Below, in pieces: positions 25,139 to 33,732 of a DNA stretch of 41,993 bases. Source of the stretch: an uncultured Gammaproteobacteria bacterium (GTDB lineage Bacteria > Patescibacteriota > Patescibacteriia > UBA9934 > GWF2-40-263). The translations under genes and the position numbers were made by a program. Position 1 is the stretch's first letter, and each line of letters begins with the position of its first letter. The DNA lies in contig CAYHDY010000004.1 of assembly GCA_964355525.1 (NCBI GenBank), positions 1 to 41,993 on the forward strand. The letters are read 5' to 3'. The notes beneath the pieces are model-generated. The model was given only the letters and a program-made list of their open reading frames with translations. It made no database searches and was not told the origin of the DNA.

Positions 25139-26464
25139 ATGAACATCCGACAAAAACAATTCAATCTCAATCTTTTCGCCCTGATTCTGCCAACTCTCGG
25201 AATCTTTGCATTGAGTTTATGGCTCACCCTCCTCTGGCGCTACCCCGTCGGACTCGATTCTGTCTCGCAATCGTTGCACTTCCGACTATTCACCTTGATC
25301 GCGATCGTCTGGCTCGCCGTCGATTATGGTTTCGGCCTGCTTGATCTGTGGTCACACAAAACGCTCGCGCGAACAACCGCCGCTCTTGTCGGTGCGAGCG
25401 CGACGAATCTTTTTTTCGCGGCGATCATTTTTTATCTCCAGCCGAATCTCATTCTCACACCGCGTCGCGTCTTGTTTGTCGATGTTGCGATCGTTTTTGT
25501 TTTATCGTTCGTGTGGCAATGGATGGTTCGCATGATTGCGCGAAAGACCGTTCGATCGCGCGTGTATTTTCTGGATCTTGAAAAAGAATTTGCAGAGATT
25601 AAAAATGAATTGGATCGTGACGGTCGAGGAAATGAAATGGAAATGATTTCGATTACGACGGGGCAATTGCTTGCGCGGGGTCTGGGGACCCCACCCATAG
25701 CTGAGGTATGTGTGTTGCCTTCGAATGAAACATTTTCTGCACCGATTCTCGAGACGCTTGCTTCCTTGCATGCGCAAGGAATCTCGTTTATCAAATTTGA
25801 TGCATTCTATGAAGATCTTTTTCGGCGCGTCTACACGCCGAACGTGACCGAATGGTGGTTTCTTGAAAACACAAATCGAAACAAGAATGGATTGTATCCC
25901 GCGTTCAAACGCATCGGCGACATCCTCGTCGGTATCGTGATCTTCGTTCTCTTCGCAATCACCTTCCCTTTCGTTGCACTCGCAATCAAACTGACAAGTC
26001 GCGGATCCATCTTTTTCAAACAGACACGAAGATCCACGAATGGTCGCACGTTTGTGATTTATAAATATCGCACGATGCGATCCGGTACGGCGACGAACAC
26101 ATGGACGACTTCGAACGACCCGCGCATCACACCGGTTGGAAACGTGTTGCGAAAACTCCGCATCGACGAATTGCCGCAATGTTTCAACCTTATCCGAGGC
26201 GACATGAGTTTCGTGGGTCCACGACCGGAACAAGAAGCCATCGCCGAACAATTACGAACCGAGATTCCCTTCTTCGATTCGCGCCACACCGTCCGCCCCG
26301 GCCTCACGGGCTGGGCGCAACTGCACGTATACGCGGGTACGACCGAAGAATCCAAACGCAAACTTCAATACGATTTGTATTATCTGAAGCACCGCTCGTT
26401 CCTTTTTGATCTTGAAATTATTTTGAAAACCATTTCGCATATTTTCTTTTTGAGCGGGACATAA
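25139..26464 (+). CDS. polyprenyl-phosphate sugar (glycosylphospho)transferase, WbaP/EpsB-like
   Basis: C-terminal KRIGDILVGIVIFVLF...IFFKQTRRSTNGRTFVIYKYRTM...DPRITPVGNVLRKLRIDELPQCFNLIRGDMSFVGPRPE is the bacterial sugar transferase domain. Confidence 0.85.
   Translation: MNIRQKQFNLNLFALILPTLGIFALSLWLTLLWRYPVGLDSVSQSLHFRLFTLIAIVWLAVDYGFGLLDLWSHKTLARTTAALVGASATNLFFAAIIFYLQPNLILTPRRVLFVDVAIVFVLSFVWQWMVRMIARKTVRSRVYFLDLEKEFAEIKNELDRDGRGNEMEMISITTGQLLARGLGTPPIAEVCVLPSNETFSAPILETLASLHAQGISFIKFDAFYEDLFRRVYTPNVTEWWFLENTNRNKNGLYPAFKRIGDILVGIVIFVLFAITFPFVALAIKLTSRGSIFFKQTRRSTNGRTFVIYKYRTMRSGTATNTWTTSNDPRITPVGNVLRKLRIDELPQCFNLIRGDMSFVGPRPEQEAIAEQLRTEIPFFDSRHTVRPGLTGWAQLHVYAGTTEESKRKLQYDLYYLKHRSFLFDLEIILKTISHIFFLSGT
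25675..25706 (+). repeat. 32-nt GC-rich repeat, copy 2 (inside the sugar transferase CDS)
   Basis: GCGGGGTCTGGGGACCCCACCCATAGCTGAGG is read in-frame as RGLGTPPIAE. It shares CCCCACCCATA with the DHE terminus. Confidence 0.75.
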
Positions 26465-26575
26465 GAAAAGATAAAGTCAAAAAGAGCAGGTGTGTCTTTT
26501 TATTTTTTTCAAACAACAAACAAAACCTCCATCACTCTTTGACTCTACGACTCTGCGACTCTCTAACTTCTTCAT

Positions 26576-26601
26576 AAAAAAATCGTCACGCGGGTGACGA
26601 T
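26576..26601 (-). terminator. intrinsic terminator after thymidine kinase
   Basis: The minus strand reads ATCGTCAC-CCGC-GTGACGAT followed by TTTTTTT. Confidence 0.7.
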
Positions 26602-27227
26602 CAGGACGAGCAGTGATTTGAAGAAGGTGCGACCGAGTGGTGTTCGACGCCGTTTGCCCGTTCGAAGTGCACGAGACAGCGTGCGTCGTATTTGTCTTTG
26701 CCACCGACTTGAATGCGTTCTGTGCTTTGTGTCGTACGTTGCGATCGCGACCCATTGAAACTTCCGCACACTCCGCAGACGGATTGCATTTTCATGACAA
26801 CCTGCGCGTGTGGCATCAGAAGTTTGATGAGTTCGAACGGAACGGCGAGAAAATCGAGATCGAGTCCGGCGATGATGACACGACGACCGGATGCGACAAG
26901 CGCGAGAATGACTTCGAGCGCTTCTGCAACATCTTCAAACAGTTGTACTTCGTCGATGGCGACCCAGACGTGATCATCGGGACCGAGCGCTTTCGACACG
27001 TAATCCAAAATTTCCCGTGCCCGCGTAATGACCGTCACTTCGAACGTGCCGCCATCGTGTGTATCGATCACCGCTTGCCCGACGCGATTGTCACGGGCCG
27101 GTTTGAACGTGATGACCTTGAGACGCGCGTGTTTTGCGAGCCGCATCTGACGAATGAGCTCTGACGACTTTCCGGAAAACATTCCTCCGGTGATGACGAC
27201 GAGTTCCGGCATGTGTGGTTTCTGCAT
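26601..27227 (-). CDS. tdk: thymidine kinase (TK1 type)
   Basis: VITGGMFSGKSSELIR P-loop, AIDEVQLF, IIAGLDLDF, and the zinc ribbon CGVCG...ARC. The start is set at the internal MQKPHMPEL, preceded by GGGGAGAG. Confidence 0.85.
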   Translation of the reverse strand: MQKPHMPELVVITGGMFSGKSSELIRQMRLAKHARLKVITFKPARDNRVGQAVIDTHDGGTFEVTVITRAREILDYVSKALGPDDHVWVAIDEVQLFEDVAEALEVILALVASGRRVIIAGLDLDFLAVPFELIKLLMPHAQVVMKMQSVCGVCGSFNGSRSQRTTQSTERIQVGGKDKYDARCLVHFERANGVEHHSVAPSSNHCSS

Positions 27228-27313
27228 GTGACTCTCCCCGAAGGTTCTGAGCTTGTCGAAGAAGAACGAACCGCGATCATTATACACGATCGAAAATCAA
27301 ACGCTGTGGATAG

Positions 27314-27351
27314 AAAAAACCACCCTTCGCCTGAAAAAGGCTATGGGTGGT
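27314..27351 (-). terminator. intrinsic terminator after the 921-aa gene
   Basis: The minus strand reads ACCACCC-19 nt-GGGTGGT followed by TTTTTT. Confidence 0.55.
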
Positions 27352-30116
27352 CAGAGAGCCGCGGGAGTTTCTGCTTCCACGGTTTTGTTTTCCTCGACAG
27401 GCTGAGTTCCTGGCACAAATTCGAACCGATTACAGTGATGCACGGAGCAAATCGTTATGCGCTTACGGACGTTTGCATCAAGCACCCATTCAGGCAACCC
27501 GCGATAGCCCGGAAAACTGGATGTGAATCCGACATCCGCGTCTTCCTCATGCAGAAGCCAAATGTACCCTTCTCCGTATTGTGTGACACTTTTGTGAATC
27601 ACGAGCCCGTGTTTATCAACCACGTTCGTTGGATTTGCGGTGCTGTGGTAGTAATAGACATCATTTCCAAACGTCATCGGCTGCACGAAATCTCCGATCG
27701 AGATCATGCGACCGGAACAATCCTTCTGAAACTCTTTTCCCAGATTCGGCACGGTGAGCCGACGTGCAAGAAGATCTTTCGGAACCGGAATCATGACACC
27801 GTCTTTCCCGATAAGAACCGCCTCACCGACGGGAATGACATGGAATGCACGTGTGACACCCGTATAAAATGACAAGTACGTTCCGTAAATCACTTGGTGC
27901 GCTTGCCCCGTTGAGTTACCGACAGGCAATGCCTTGTCGAACCGAATTTCCCAGTAATCCCGGACGCTACCCGATCGTATGATCGTTCCGGGAGTGCCAA
28001 GGGACTCGGTATTGTCGAAACCACGATTGACTTTCGGATCTCCGCCAAGATACATCACACGATCACCGATTTTGAACGGTCTGTTCACTGCGAGATCTTT
28101 TGCTGCACCGCTTGCAACGACTGTAATCTGCTCGTTACCTTCCGTGACCGACAGTTTCTTTTCAACGAAAGCCTGAAGCGGAATCATGAGTCCGTTTGTG
28201 AAGACAAGATCATCCAAGGATCCTTTGGCTTTACCCGGAACAAGACACTGAAGCTCGAGGACGTCACCCTTTTTCAGAGGCGAGAGATCGTCCGTTTGGA
28301 CAACCATCTTCGTCCCCTGTTTCAGTCCAGTGTCCGAATCTACTGCGACGAGTTGGAACCAGTCGGGCGTTTCGGGAAACACCCACACGCTTTCTTTGAT
28401 GATCGGAATGATGATCCCGTTTTCGAACAGGATTCCCACATCGTTCGGATGTTTCATCAGCTGCAGCGGTGCAAATCCGAGAATCTGTTGCACGGTTCCG
28501 TACGGAAGCAATGCTTGAAAACGCGTCACGAGAATGTGATCAAATTCCTCAAGATCTAAACGCTTATCATGAAGAGCTACCTTCGTATCCGTTCGTTCGA
28601 AGTGAATCGGTTTCCAAGCGAATCGAAACTCACCAGCTCCGAACAAAACCGTTGTCTCTTCGGGTGTCTCTTTGAAACGCAGAAGATATCCGTCCGGGTT
28701 TTCCGGATCCTTGAAAATCTCCCCTACGGTCAAGATCGGTGGATTATAAACGCCCGTTTCCCGAATCGCATTACCGACCGAGAGTCTGATGTCGGCAAAC
28801 GTGAAGACGCCGTCTTTCAATTCCGGCACCCACCAAGCAATGCACGAGAGAAGCGTTCCCCCGTTCGATGTCAGATAGATCCATTCGTCGCGCACAGCCA
28901 TCGGATCCGAATGCGCGAATTGCGCAAGCACGTCTCCGTCATCGTCCACACGCAGTTTCGTGATCCGTTCCGGTTTTTTTATGCAAGTGAGCGATCGAGG
29001 ATCCGAACTGACAAGCGACATGCCCGCACGGATCTCGAATCCGTCCGCAAGCGTGACCAGAGAGCACGTTTGCCATTTCTCTTTCACACGGACAAGCTCG
29101 AAATAATCGAGAAATCTTACATGGAACAGAACCGGTTCCGCGATACCTTCAAGACGCATGTGTAGACCGGTGCTTCGTGCGGGTTGGCAAAATCCTGCCA
29201 CTTCATACATTTCGCCTTTCTTGATCTCTTGAGGCATATCCTCACGAGCCAGCAATACATCTCCGACACGCACCACTTTTCCATTGAGGTGGAACGATCC
29301 GGATGGAAGGTCTTTCCATTTTGATGCGTCAGGCAATCGCGTTGCGCTTACGAGAGCGGCATGCATGCGATCAAACGTCGTATCGCCGACAGCTTCATCT
29401 CCTGCGAGGGAAAGTGCCTGCGATTTCACGAGACGTGCAAGATGCTCGGGTCGAGCCGACCAGCTGGCCGTCAGAACCCACAGCGAATTGCGCAGACTCG
29501 CGCACTCCCAATCCCAAACGGTTTTGAACTGAGAAACTTTCGGATGCGCATCACGCACAGAATTGACGAGCGTCATGAACGATTGATCGAAGAACGAATC
29601 CACGACCGCGTTCACGGCGAACGCCGGATTCCATCCGTACGTCCTGAGCGAACCAGTTTCGATGTCGAACGTGTCGTCTTGCATGAGACCGCACTTGTAC
29701 AGATACTCGTTTTCACTCAGCACCGCACCTTTGCGAAATGCGAGTGTCACGCGTTTGACCTCGCCGTTATCGACACGAACAATGAACAGGACGAACGGAA
29801 ACGCGAGTTGGAATTCGGTGCGCGTTGCATCCGATTCCGTCAATCCGAATTTCTTCAAACCATCACGTTCGATGACCGATGCCCATTCACTCGGGTCCGG
29901 ATGCCATCGCGCCGATCGGACACACGGAAGTTGCTCGATCACGTACACGGTTGTCGCGCCGATCGAGTACACCATCCGCGTCCCTTTCGGGAGATACTCG
30001 GATGTGTCCGCTTGTCCAAAGACACGAAGCGAAACGGGAGCCGACATCGTGCCGTCTTCACGGATCAACGATGCGGTTCCATTCTCATCGATCTGAATCT
30101 TTAGAACGTTCGTCAT
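27351..30116 (-). CDS. giant hypothetical protein, paralog 2 (921 aa)
   Basis: Full-length colinear similarity to the 1055-aa neighbour. Shared motifs are VYVIEQxPCVR, KFGL, LAFP[FY]V[LV]FIV, WxW..SLRNxLxVLxAxW, KKGExYxV, R[VI]DxDGD, [LV]KDGxFxF, ISIGDxV and GYxxLPEWV. AAGGAGG lies 5 nt upstream of the ATG. Confidence 0.8.
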   Translation of the reverse strand: MTNVLKIQIDENGTASLIREDGTMSAPVSLRVFGQADTSEYLPKGTRMVYSIGATTVYVIEQLPCVRSARWHPDPSEWASVIERDGLKKFGLTESDATRTEFQLAFPFVLFIVRVDNGEVKRVTLAFRKGAVLSENEYLYKCGLMQDDTFDIETGSLRTYGWNPAFAVNAVVDSFFDQSFMTLVNSVRDAHPKVSQFKTVWDWECASLRNSLWVLTASWSARPEHLARLVKSQALSLAGDEAVGDTTFDRMHAALVSATRLPDASKWKDLPSGSFHLNGKVVRVGDVLLAREDMPQEIKKGEMYEVAGFCQPARSTGLHMRLEGIAEPVLFHVRFLDYFELVRVKEKWQTCSLVTLADGFEIRAGMSLVSSDPRSLTCIKKPERITKLRVDDDGDVLAQFAHSDPMAVRDEWIYLTSNGGTLLSCIAWWVPELKDGVFTFADIRLSVGNAIRETGVYNPPILTVGEIFKDPENPDGYLLRFKETPEETTVLFGAGEFRFAWKPIHFERTDTKVALHDKRLDLEEFDHILVTRFQALLPYGTVQQILGFAPLQLMKHPNDVGILFENGIIIPIIKESVWVFPETPDWFQLVAVDSDTGLKQGTKMVVQTDDLSPLKKGDVLELQCLVPGKAKGSLDDLVFTNGLMIPLQAFVEKKLSVTEGNEQITVVASGAAKDLAVNRPFKIGDRVMYLGGDPKVNRGFDNTESLGTPGTIIRSGSVRDYWEIRFDKALPVGNSTGQAHQVIYGTYLSFYTGVTRAFHVIPVGEAVLIGKDGVMIPVPKDLLARRLTVPNLGKEFQKDCSGRMISIGDFVQPMTFGNDVYYYHSTANPTNVVDKHGLVIHKSVTQYGEGYIWLLHEEDADVGFTSSFPGYRGLPEWVLDANVRKRITICSVHHCNRFEFVPGTQPVEENKTVEAETPAAL

Positions 30117-30172
30117 GATTGCCTCCTTATCTTCGATTGGAATGGTCGTTCCTGCACGGTTGCAGGCCGAGT

Positions 30173-30201
30173 TTTTTACCTGATTTTCATAAAATGGTCA
30201 A
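30173..30201 (-). promoter_or_regulatory. promoter TTGACC-N17-TAAAAA for the 921-aa gene
   Basis: The minus strand reads TTGACCattttatgaaaatcaggTAAAAA. It is part of a 58-nt block (30160-30217) identical to 33576-33633. Confidence 0.55.
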
Positions 30202-30208
30202 GGTCATT

Positions 30209-30311
30209 CGCGTCCCCCTCCGACTCCCCCTGTGCTCAGGGGGAGGGGAACGACACGATTCAATGCGCTACCCCGCCCCTGAGCACAGGGGAGGGTATGG
30301 GTGGGGACGCG
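30209..30311 (-). repeat. double-hairpin element (DHE) copy B, inverted relative to A, C and D
   Basis: The plus strand reads CGCGTCCCCCTCCGAC-TCCCCCTG-TGCT-CAGGGGGA...CGATTCAAT...CCCCGCCCCTG-AGCA-CAGGGGAGGG-TATGGGTGGGGACGCG. This is the reverse complement of the A/C/D arrangement. Confidence 0.85.
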
Positions 30312-30342
30312 AATTAAAAATCCGCCCATTTGCATGGGCGGA
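30312..30342 (-). terminator. intrinsic terminator after the 1055-aa gene
   Basis: The minus strand reads TCCGCCCAT-GCAA-ATGGGCGGA followed by TTTTTAATT. Confidence 0.7.
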
Positions 30343-30360
30343 CAAGATTCTCCTGAGTCT

Positions 30361-33300
30361 TCAGGGTACATACTCGATCTCGTCGATCGAGGCGTACCAG
30401 CCTGGTTGTTCCGGAAAATCGATACGGAACATGTTGGCATGGTCTTCACACACGATACCGATTTGCTGTCCTTGAGTGAACGTTCCGAGGAAGATCGGGG
30501 TTTTGACACCCTCCTTCATCCGAACTTTATCACCGACTTGCAAATCAATCTCGATCTCCGTCTCCTTCCCCATCCACTCCGGATCATTCGGGAAACACAC
30601 AATCACTTCCCCGTTCGCACACTCGACGATGAATCCGCGTTCGTCCGCAAGCACGTTACCGCGTCCGTGAACAGGTTCCACATCCGTCTTGATCCGAACC
30701 GGTTTCTCAATAATCTCTTTCTTCTCGACCGGCCGAACCAGCTCGGGAACCATGGTCAGTGCAAGACAATGATCCACTCGATTAGCCCCGATTTCCCCCA
30801 GTTCGGTAAAGGCCTTTCGTACCCATTCGGGCAATTTTTCATATCCGATGATGTCACGACTGCGGTACGTACACACTTTTTTTTCAAACCACAGAAACAG
30901 AAACGGTATCCTCCCGTCGCCTGCCATTTCTGAGTGAACGACGAGCGCCGGGAGAAATGTATCAGATGCTTCCTTGCTGATTCCCCCGTTGGACTCGTAT
31001 CCCCATGACCTCGTGGTCACAGTCACGACATCACCGATCGAAATCGGTTTTCCGTCGACACCCTCTCCAACGAGCTTTCGTGTCTTCAGTTCCAACTGTC
31101 TCTCGAGCATCTTCTCCGAAATCTGAAACGTTTTCTTTCCGTCCGTGTAGTTCCCCGTCTGAACCGTCGACGGCCATTTCGGCAGCAGGCGCAACGTCTG
31201 GATCTTCTGAATTTCTCCAAGTCCAACCTCGCCGAATCTACGTCCATCTTTCAACTCAAGGTTGATATGAAAGTGGTTACCGCAGGGACGAAATTCTTTT
31301 ACAATCATCACCTGATTTCGAAAACCAGAATCATTTCCAACGTACAAACACTCTTCTCCGCTTACGAACATTCCTCCAGTCTCAGTTGTCTTTCCTCGTG
31401 TGAAAGACAGAGCGCTCGCATCCGCTTTCGGAAACTTTTTGAATGAACCGTCCGTTTGCTTCACCGAGACACGAAAGAGAAACTCCTCCGAGAACAGAAT
31501 GAAACGACCGTCGGAAAAAAAGATTTCTTTTTTTGTAGGATCGAAGCACACCACTTGCAGGAGTGAACCGATCTCCGCGCCGTCGATCGCTTCATCAACA
31601 CGCAGTACAGAACCCGTCTTCAAGAACGTTGTGTCATTTCCCACACGTGTTTGAACGAACGTGTAATCATCGTTCCACACCCACTTCCCGTCTTTCACAA
31701 CCGGAATAGGTGCATTACCAAACGCGACTTCGAGATCGATCTGTTCGAACCGGTCTGTCTCCGTCGTCCGATTCACGAATCGCACCGGAGTGTACAGATG
31801 TACGTGCCCATCAATGCGGCGCTCTTCTTTCGCAAGCAAATCGAAGCTATTCAGCAACTTAAGATGATCCTCTCCGAACCGAACTTCTTTTTCTTTGCAA
31901 ACCACTTGAACCGTTTTCCAATCCGCAAAGAACGTTCCGTTGCAGAAGAACGGGATATCCCGATCCATTCCGCGGAAACGCACATAGATCGTCGTTCCGA
32001 ACGGCTTTTCAACCGCGAAGACTTTCGCGACGAACAAAGTCGTTTCCACCAAATGATCTCTCCCCGCTTGAGCTTCACCTGTGTCGAAAAACACGTCGTG
32101 CACTCGATCGATGCGGTAGTTTACGTAAACGGATTCTCCTTCACAAATCCGTTTGTTGTCGAAAGAAAATGCGCCGTCTTTGACTTCGAACGTCTTCACA
32201 GAATACCCGGTTCGCAGTGTTTTTCCCTGATCCACAGTGATGTAAAACCAGTTGTTTCGAAAACACACTTCAAGATCTCCGTCCATGTCGATACGCACGT
32301 CTTCGATCGGAACAGTCCCGCTTCGAAAACCTAAGTTCGGAGGAAATTCTGCGGCGGAGGTAAATTCGATGTAGTTGCCGACGCGCGCTTCGATCCCGTT
32401 GAACATGAATTTCTTTTCTGCGTTCTCATCGATGGCCTTATTTGTGAAGGCGAGCAACAGATCCAGTCGGATCGGTTCCGCCATCTCGACGAGTTGAACC
32501 ATACGCGTTTGCGGATCTTTTTTCGGTTCGAAGAAATGTTTGACTTGATACGTCTCCCCTTTCTTGAACGGAGCGGCATCCCCGCTCGCGACGAACGTAT
32601 CAAGAACTGAGATCAGCACCCCTTGAAAGAAAATGTCCGGCGATGGACTGACGATCAGTTGTTGATCATCCATTCCTGCGATGTAACGCGGCGCCCGTTG
32701 TGCCGCGTTTACGAGAACTTCGAAAAGATCTTCGCCTCTATGCCTTTGCAGATTCTGAATGAAGGACTTTGGCGTCCTTCCCGGCGCGATCCAATCTGCA
32801 TCGAGAACGAAGAGCGGATTGCGCAGACTGTAATACTGCCAATGCCACGGTGTGCTCAGTTCCGGAATGAGGCCGGCGTAACGATCATAGGTTTCGAGCC
32901 AGTGATCATTGAACGGCGTGTTCCAAAACGCATGCACCATCTCATCGATCTGACGAGCAAGCGTTCCACCTTCTTGACCGAACGAATGTGATCCCGATCC
33001 CCAACAAATGTTGTGATTGATACTGTTGAAGTTCGGCACGCTCGGCAAATACAGATCGTCATTCCACGAACGCAACGGTTCCGTGCGGAAGTAAAAGTGA
33101 ACGGCTGTACTTTCGATCTGGTCACCGGCCGTGTTCACAATGAACACCACATACGGAAATGCCAATCGGAAGATCTTGTCGTTGTGGAACTTGTCCGGAT
33201 TCAATCCGAATTTGCCGACGCACCCGCGCCGTCTCAATCGATTGATCACCTCCGGTTGGATTTTGTTCCAAACGACGGGACGGACGCACGGCGGTTGCTC

Positions 33301-33528
33301 GATGACATAAACTCTTCGATCACTCATCCCTTCGTGCACGAACACACATCCGGACGGCAACACCGCCAAATGATCCTGTCCCGCGGACAAAACCGAGGAG
33401 TTGAATGTGTGTCGAGCAAGCTTCATCCGCTTGGGCTCGGCACCCATCACTTCCTTCACACGATCCACTTGCAATTCCGCAACACCGTTCGGATTCACAA
33501 TGATCCGCTTTTCATCACGTATAGCCAT
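30361..33528 (-). CDS. giant hypothetical protein, paralog 1 (1055 aa)
   Basis: It shares the motif set of the 921-aa paralog and has an extra ~100-aa C-terminal extension. AAGGAG lies 6 nt upstream of the ATG. Confidence 0.8.
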   Translation of the reverse strand: MAIRDEKRIIVNPNGVAELQVDRVKEVMGAEPKRMKLARHTFNSSVLSAGQDHLAVLPSGCVFVHEGMSDRRVYVIEQPPCVRPVVWNKIQPEVINRLRRRGCVGKFGLNPDKFHNDKIFRLAFPYVVFIVNTAGDQIESTAVHFYFRTEPLRSWNDDLYLPSVPNFNSINHNICWGSGSHSFGQEGGTLARQIDEMVHAFWNTPFNDHWLETYDRYAGLIPELSTPWHWQYYSLRNPLFVLDADWIAPGRTPKSFIQNLQRHRGEDLFEVLVNAAQRAPRYIAGMDDQQLIVSPSPDIFFQGVLISVLDTFVASGDAAPFKKGETYQVKHFFEPKKDPQTRMVQLVEMAEPIRLDLLLAFTNKAIDENAEKKFMFNGIEARVGNYIEFTSAAEFPPNLGFRSGTVPIEDVRIDMDGDLEVCFRNNWFYITVDQGKTLRTGYSVKTFEVKDGAFSFDNKRICEGESVYVNYRIDRVHDVFFDTGEAQAGRDHLVETTLFVAKVFAVEKPFGTTIYVRFRGMDRDIPFFCNGTFFADWKTVQVVCKEKEVRFGEDHLKLLNSFDLLAKEERRIDGHVHLYTPVRFVNRTTETDRFEQIDLEVAFGNAPIPVVKDGKWVWNDDYTFVQTRVGNDTTFLKTGSVLRVDEAIDGAEIGSLLQVVCFDPTKKEIFFSDGRFILFSEEFLFRVSVKQTDGSFKKFPKADASALSFTRGKTTETGGMFVSGEECLYVGNDSGFRNQVMIVKEFRPCGNHFHINLELKDGRRFGEVGLGEIQKIQTLRLLPKWPSTVQTGNYTDGKKTFQISEKMLERQLELKTRKLVGEGVDGKPISIGDVVTVTTRSWGYESNGGISKEASDTFLPALVVHSEMAGDGRIPFLFLWFEKKVCTYRSRDIIGYEKLPEWVRKAFTELGEIGANRVDHCLALTMVPELVRPVEKKEIIEKPVRIKTDVEPVHGRGNVLADERGFIVECANGEVIVCFPNDPEWMGKETEIEIDLQVGDKVRMKEGVKTPIFLGTFTQGQQIGIVCEDHANMFRIDFPEQPGWYASIDEIEYVP

Positions 33529-33588
33529 GGATGACTCCTTGTTGTTTTCAATTGGAGAGGACGGACCCGCATCGTTTGCAGGCCGAGT

Positions 33589-33617
33589 TTTTTACCTGAT
33601 TTTCATAAAATGGTCAA
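33589..33617 (-). promoter_or_regulatory. promoter TTGACC-N17-TAAAAA for the 1055-aa gene
   Basis: The sequence is identical to the promoter at 30173-30201. Confidence 0.55.
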
Positions 33618-33624
33618 GGTCATT

Positions 33625-33732
33625 CGCGTCCCCACCCATACCCTCCCCTGTGGTCAGGGGAGGGGTAGCGAATTGAATCGATTTATTCGCGCTCCCTCCC
33701 CCTGAGCACAGGGGGAGTCGGAGGGGGACGCG
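33625..33732 (+). repeat. double-hairpin element (DHE) copy C
   Basis: Layout, 5' to 3':
- CGCGTCCCC-ACCCATA.
- Hairpin 1: CCCTCCCCTG-TGGT-CAGGGGAGGG.
- GTA, then GCGAAT-TGAATCGATTT-ATTCGC, then G.
- Hairpin 2: CTCCCTCCCCCTG-AGCA-CAGGGGGAG.
- TCGGA-GGGGGACGCG.
The 9-bp termini are perfectly complementary. Confidence 0.9.

Noticed and set aside
26538-26561. Short tandem GACTCTAC GACTCTGC GACTCTCT.
   Set aside because: There are only three imperfect 8-mers in an intergenic spacer, which is too short to call a meaningful repeat or binding array.
29361-32334. Plus-strand ORFs inside the giant genes: 29361-30104, 29662-30096, 30301-30933 and 31651-32334.
   Set aside because: They are antisense to the two long minus-strand frames, whose mutual similarity over their full length supports them as the real genes.
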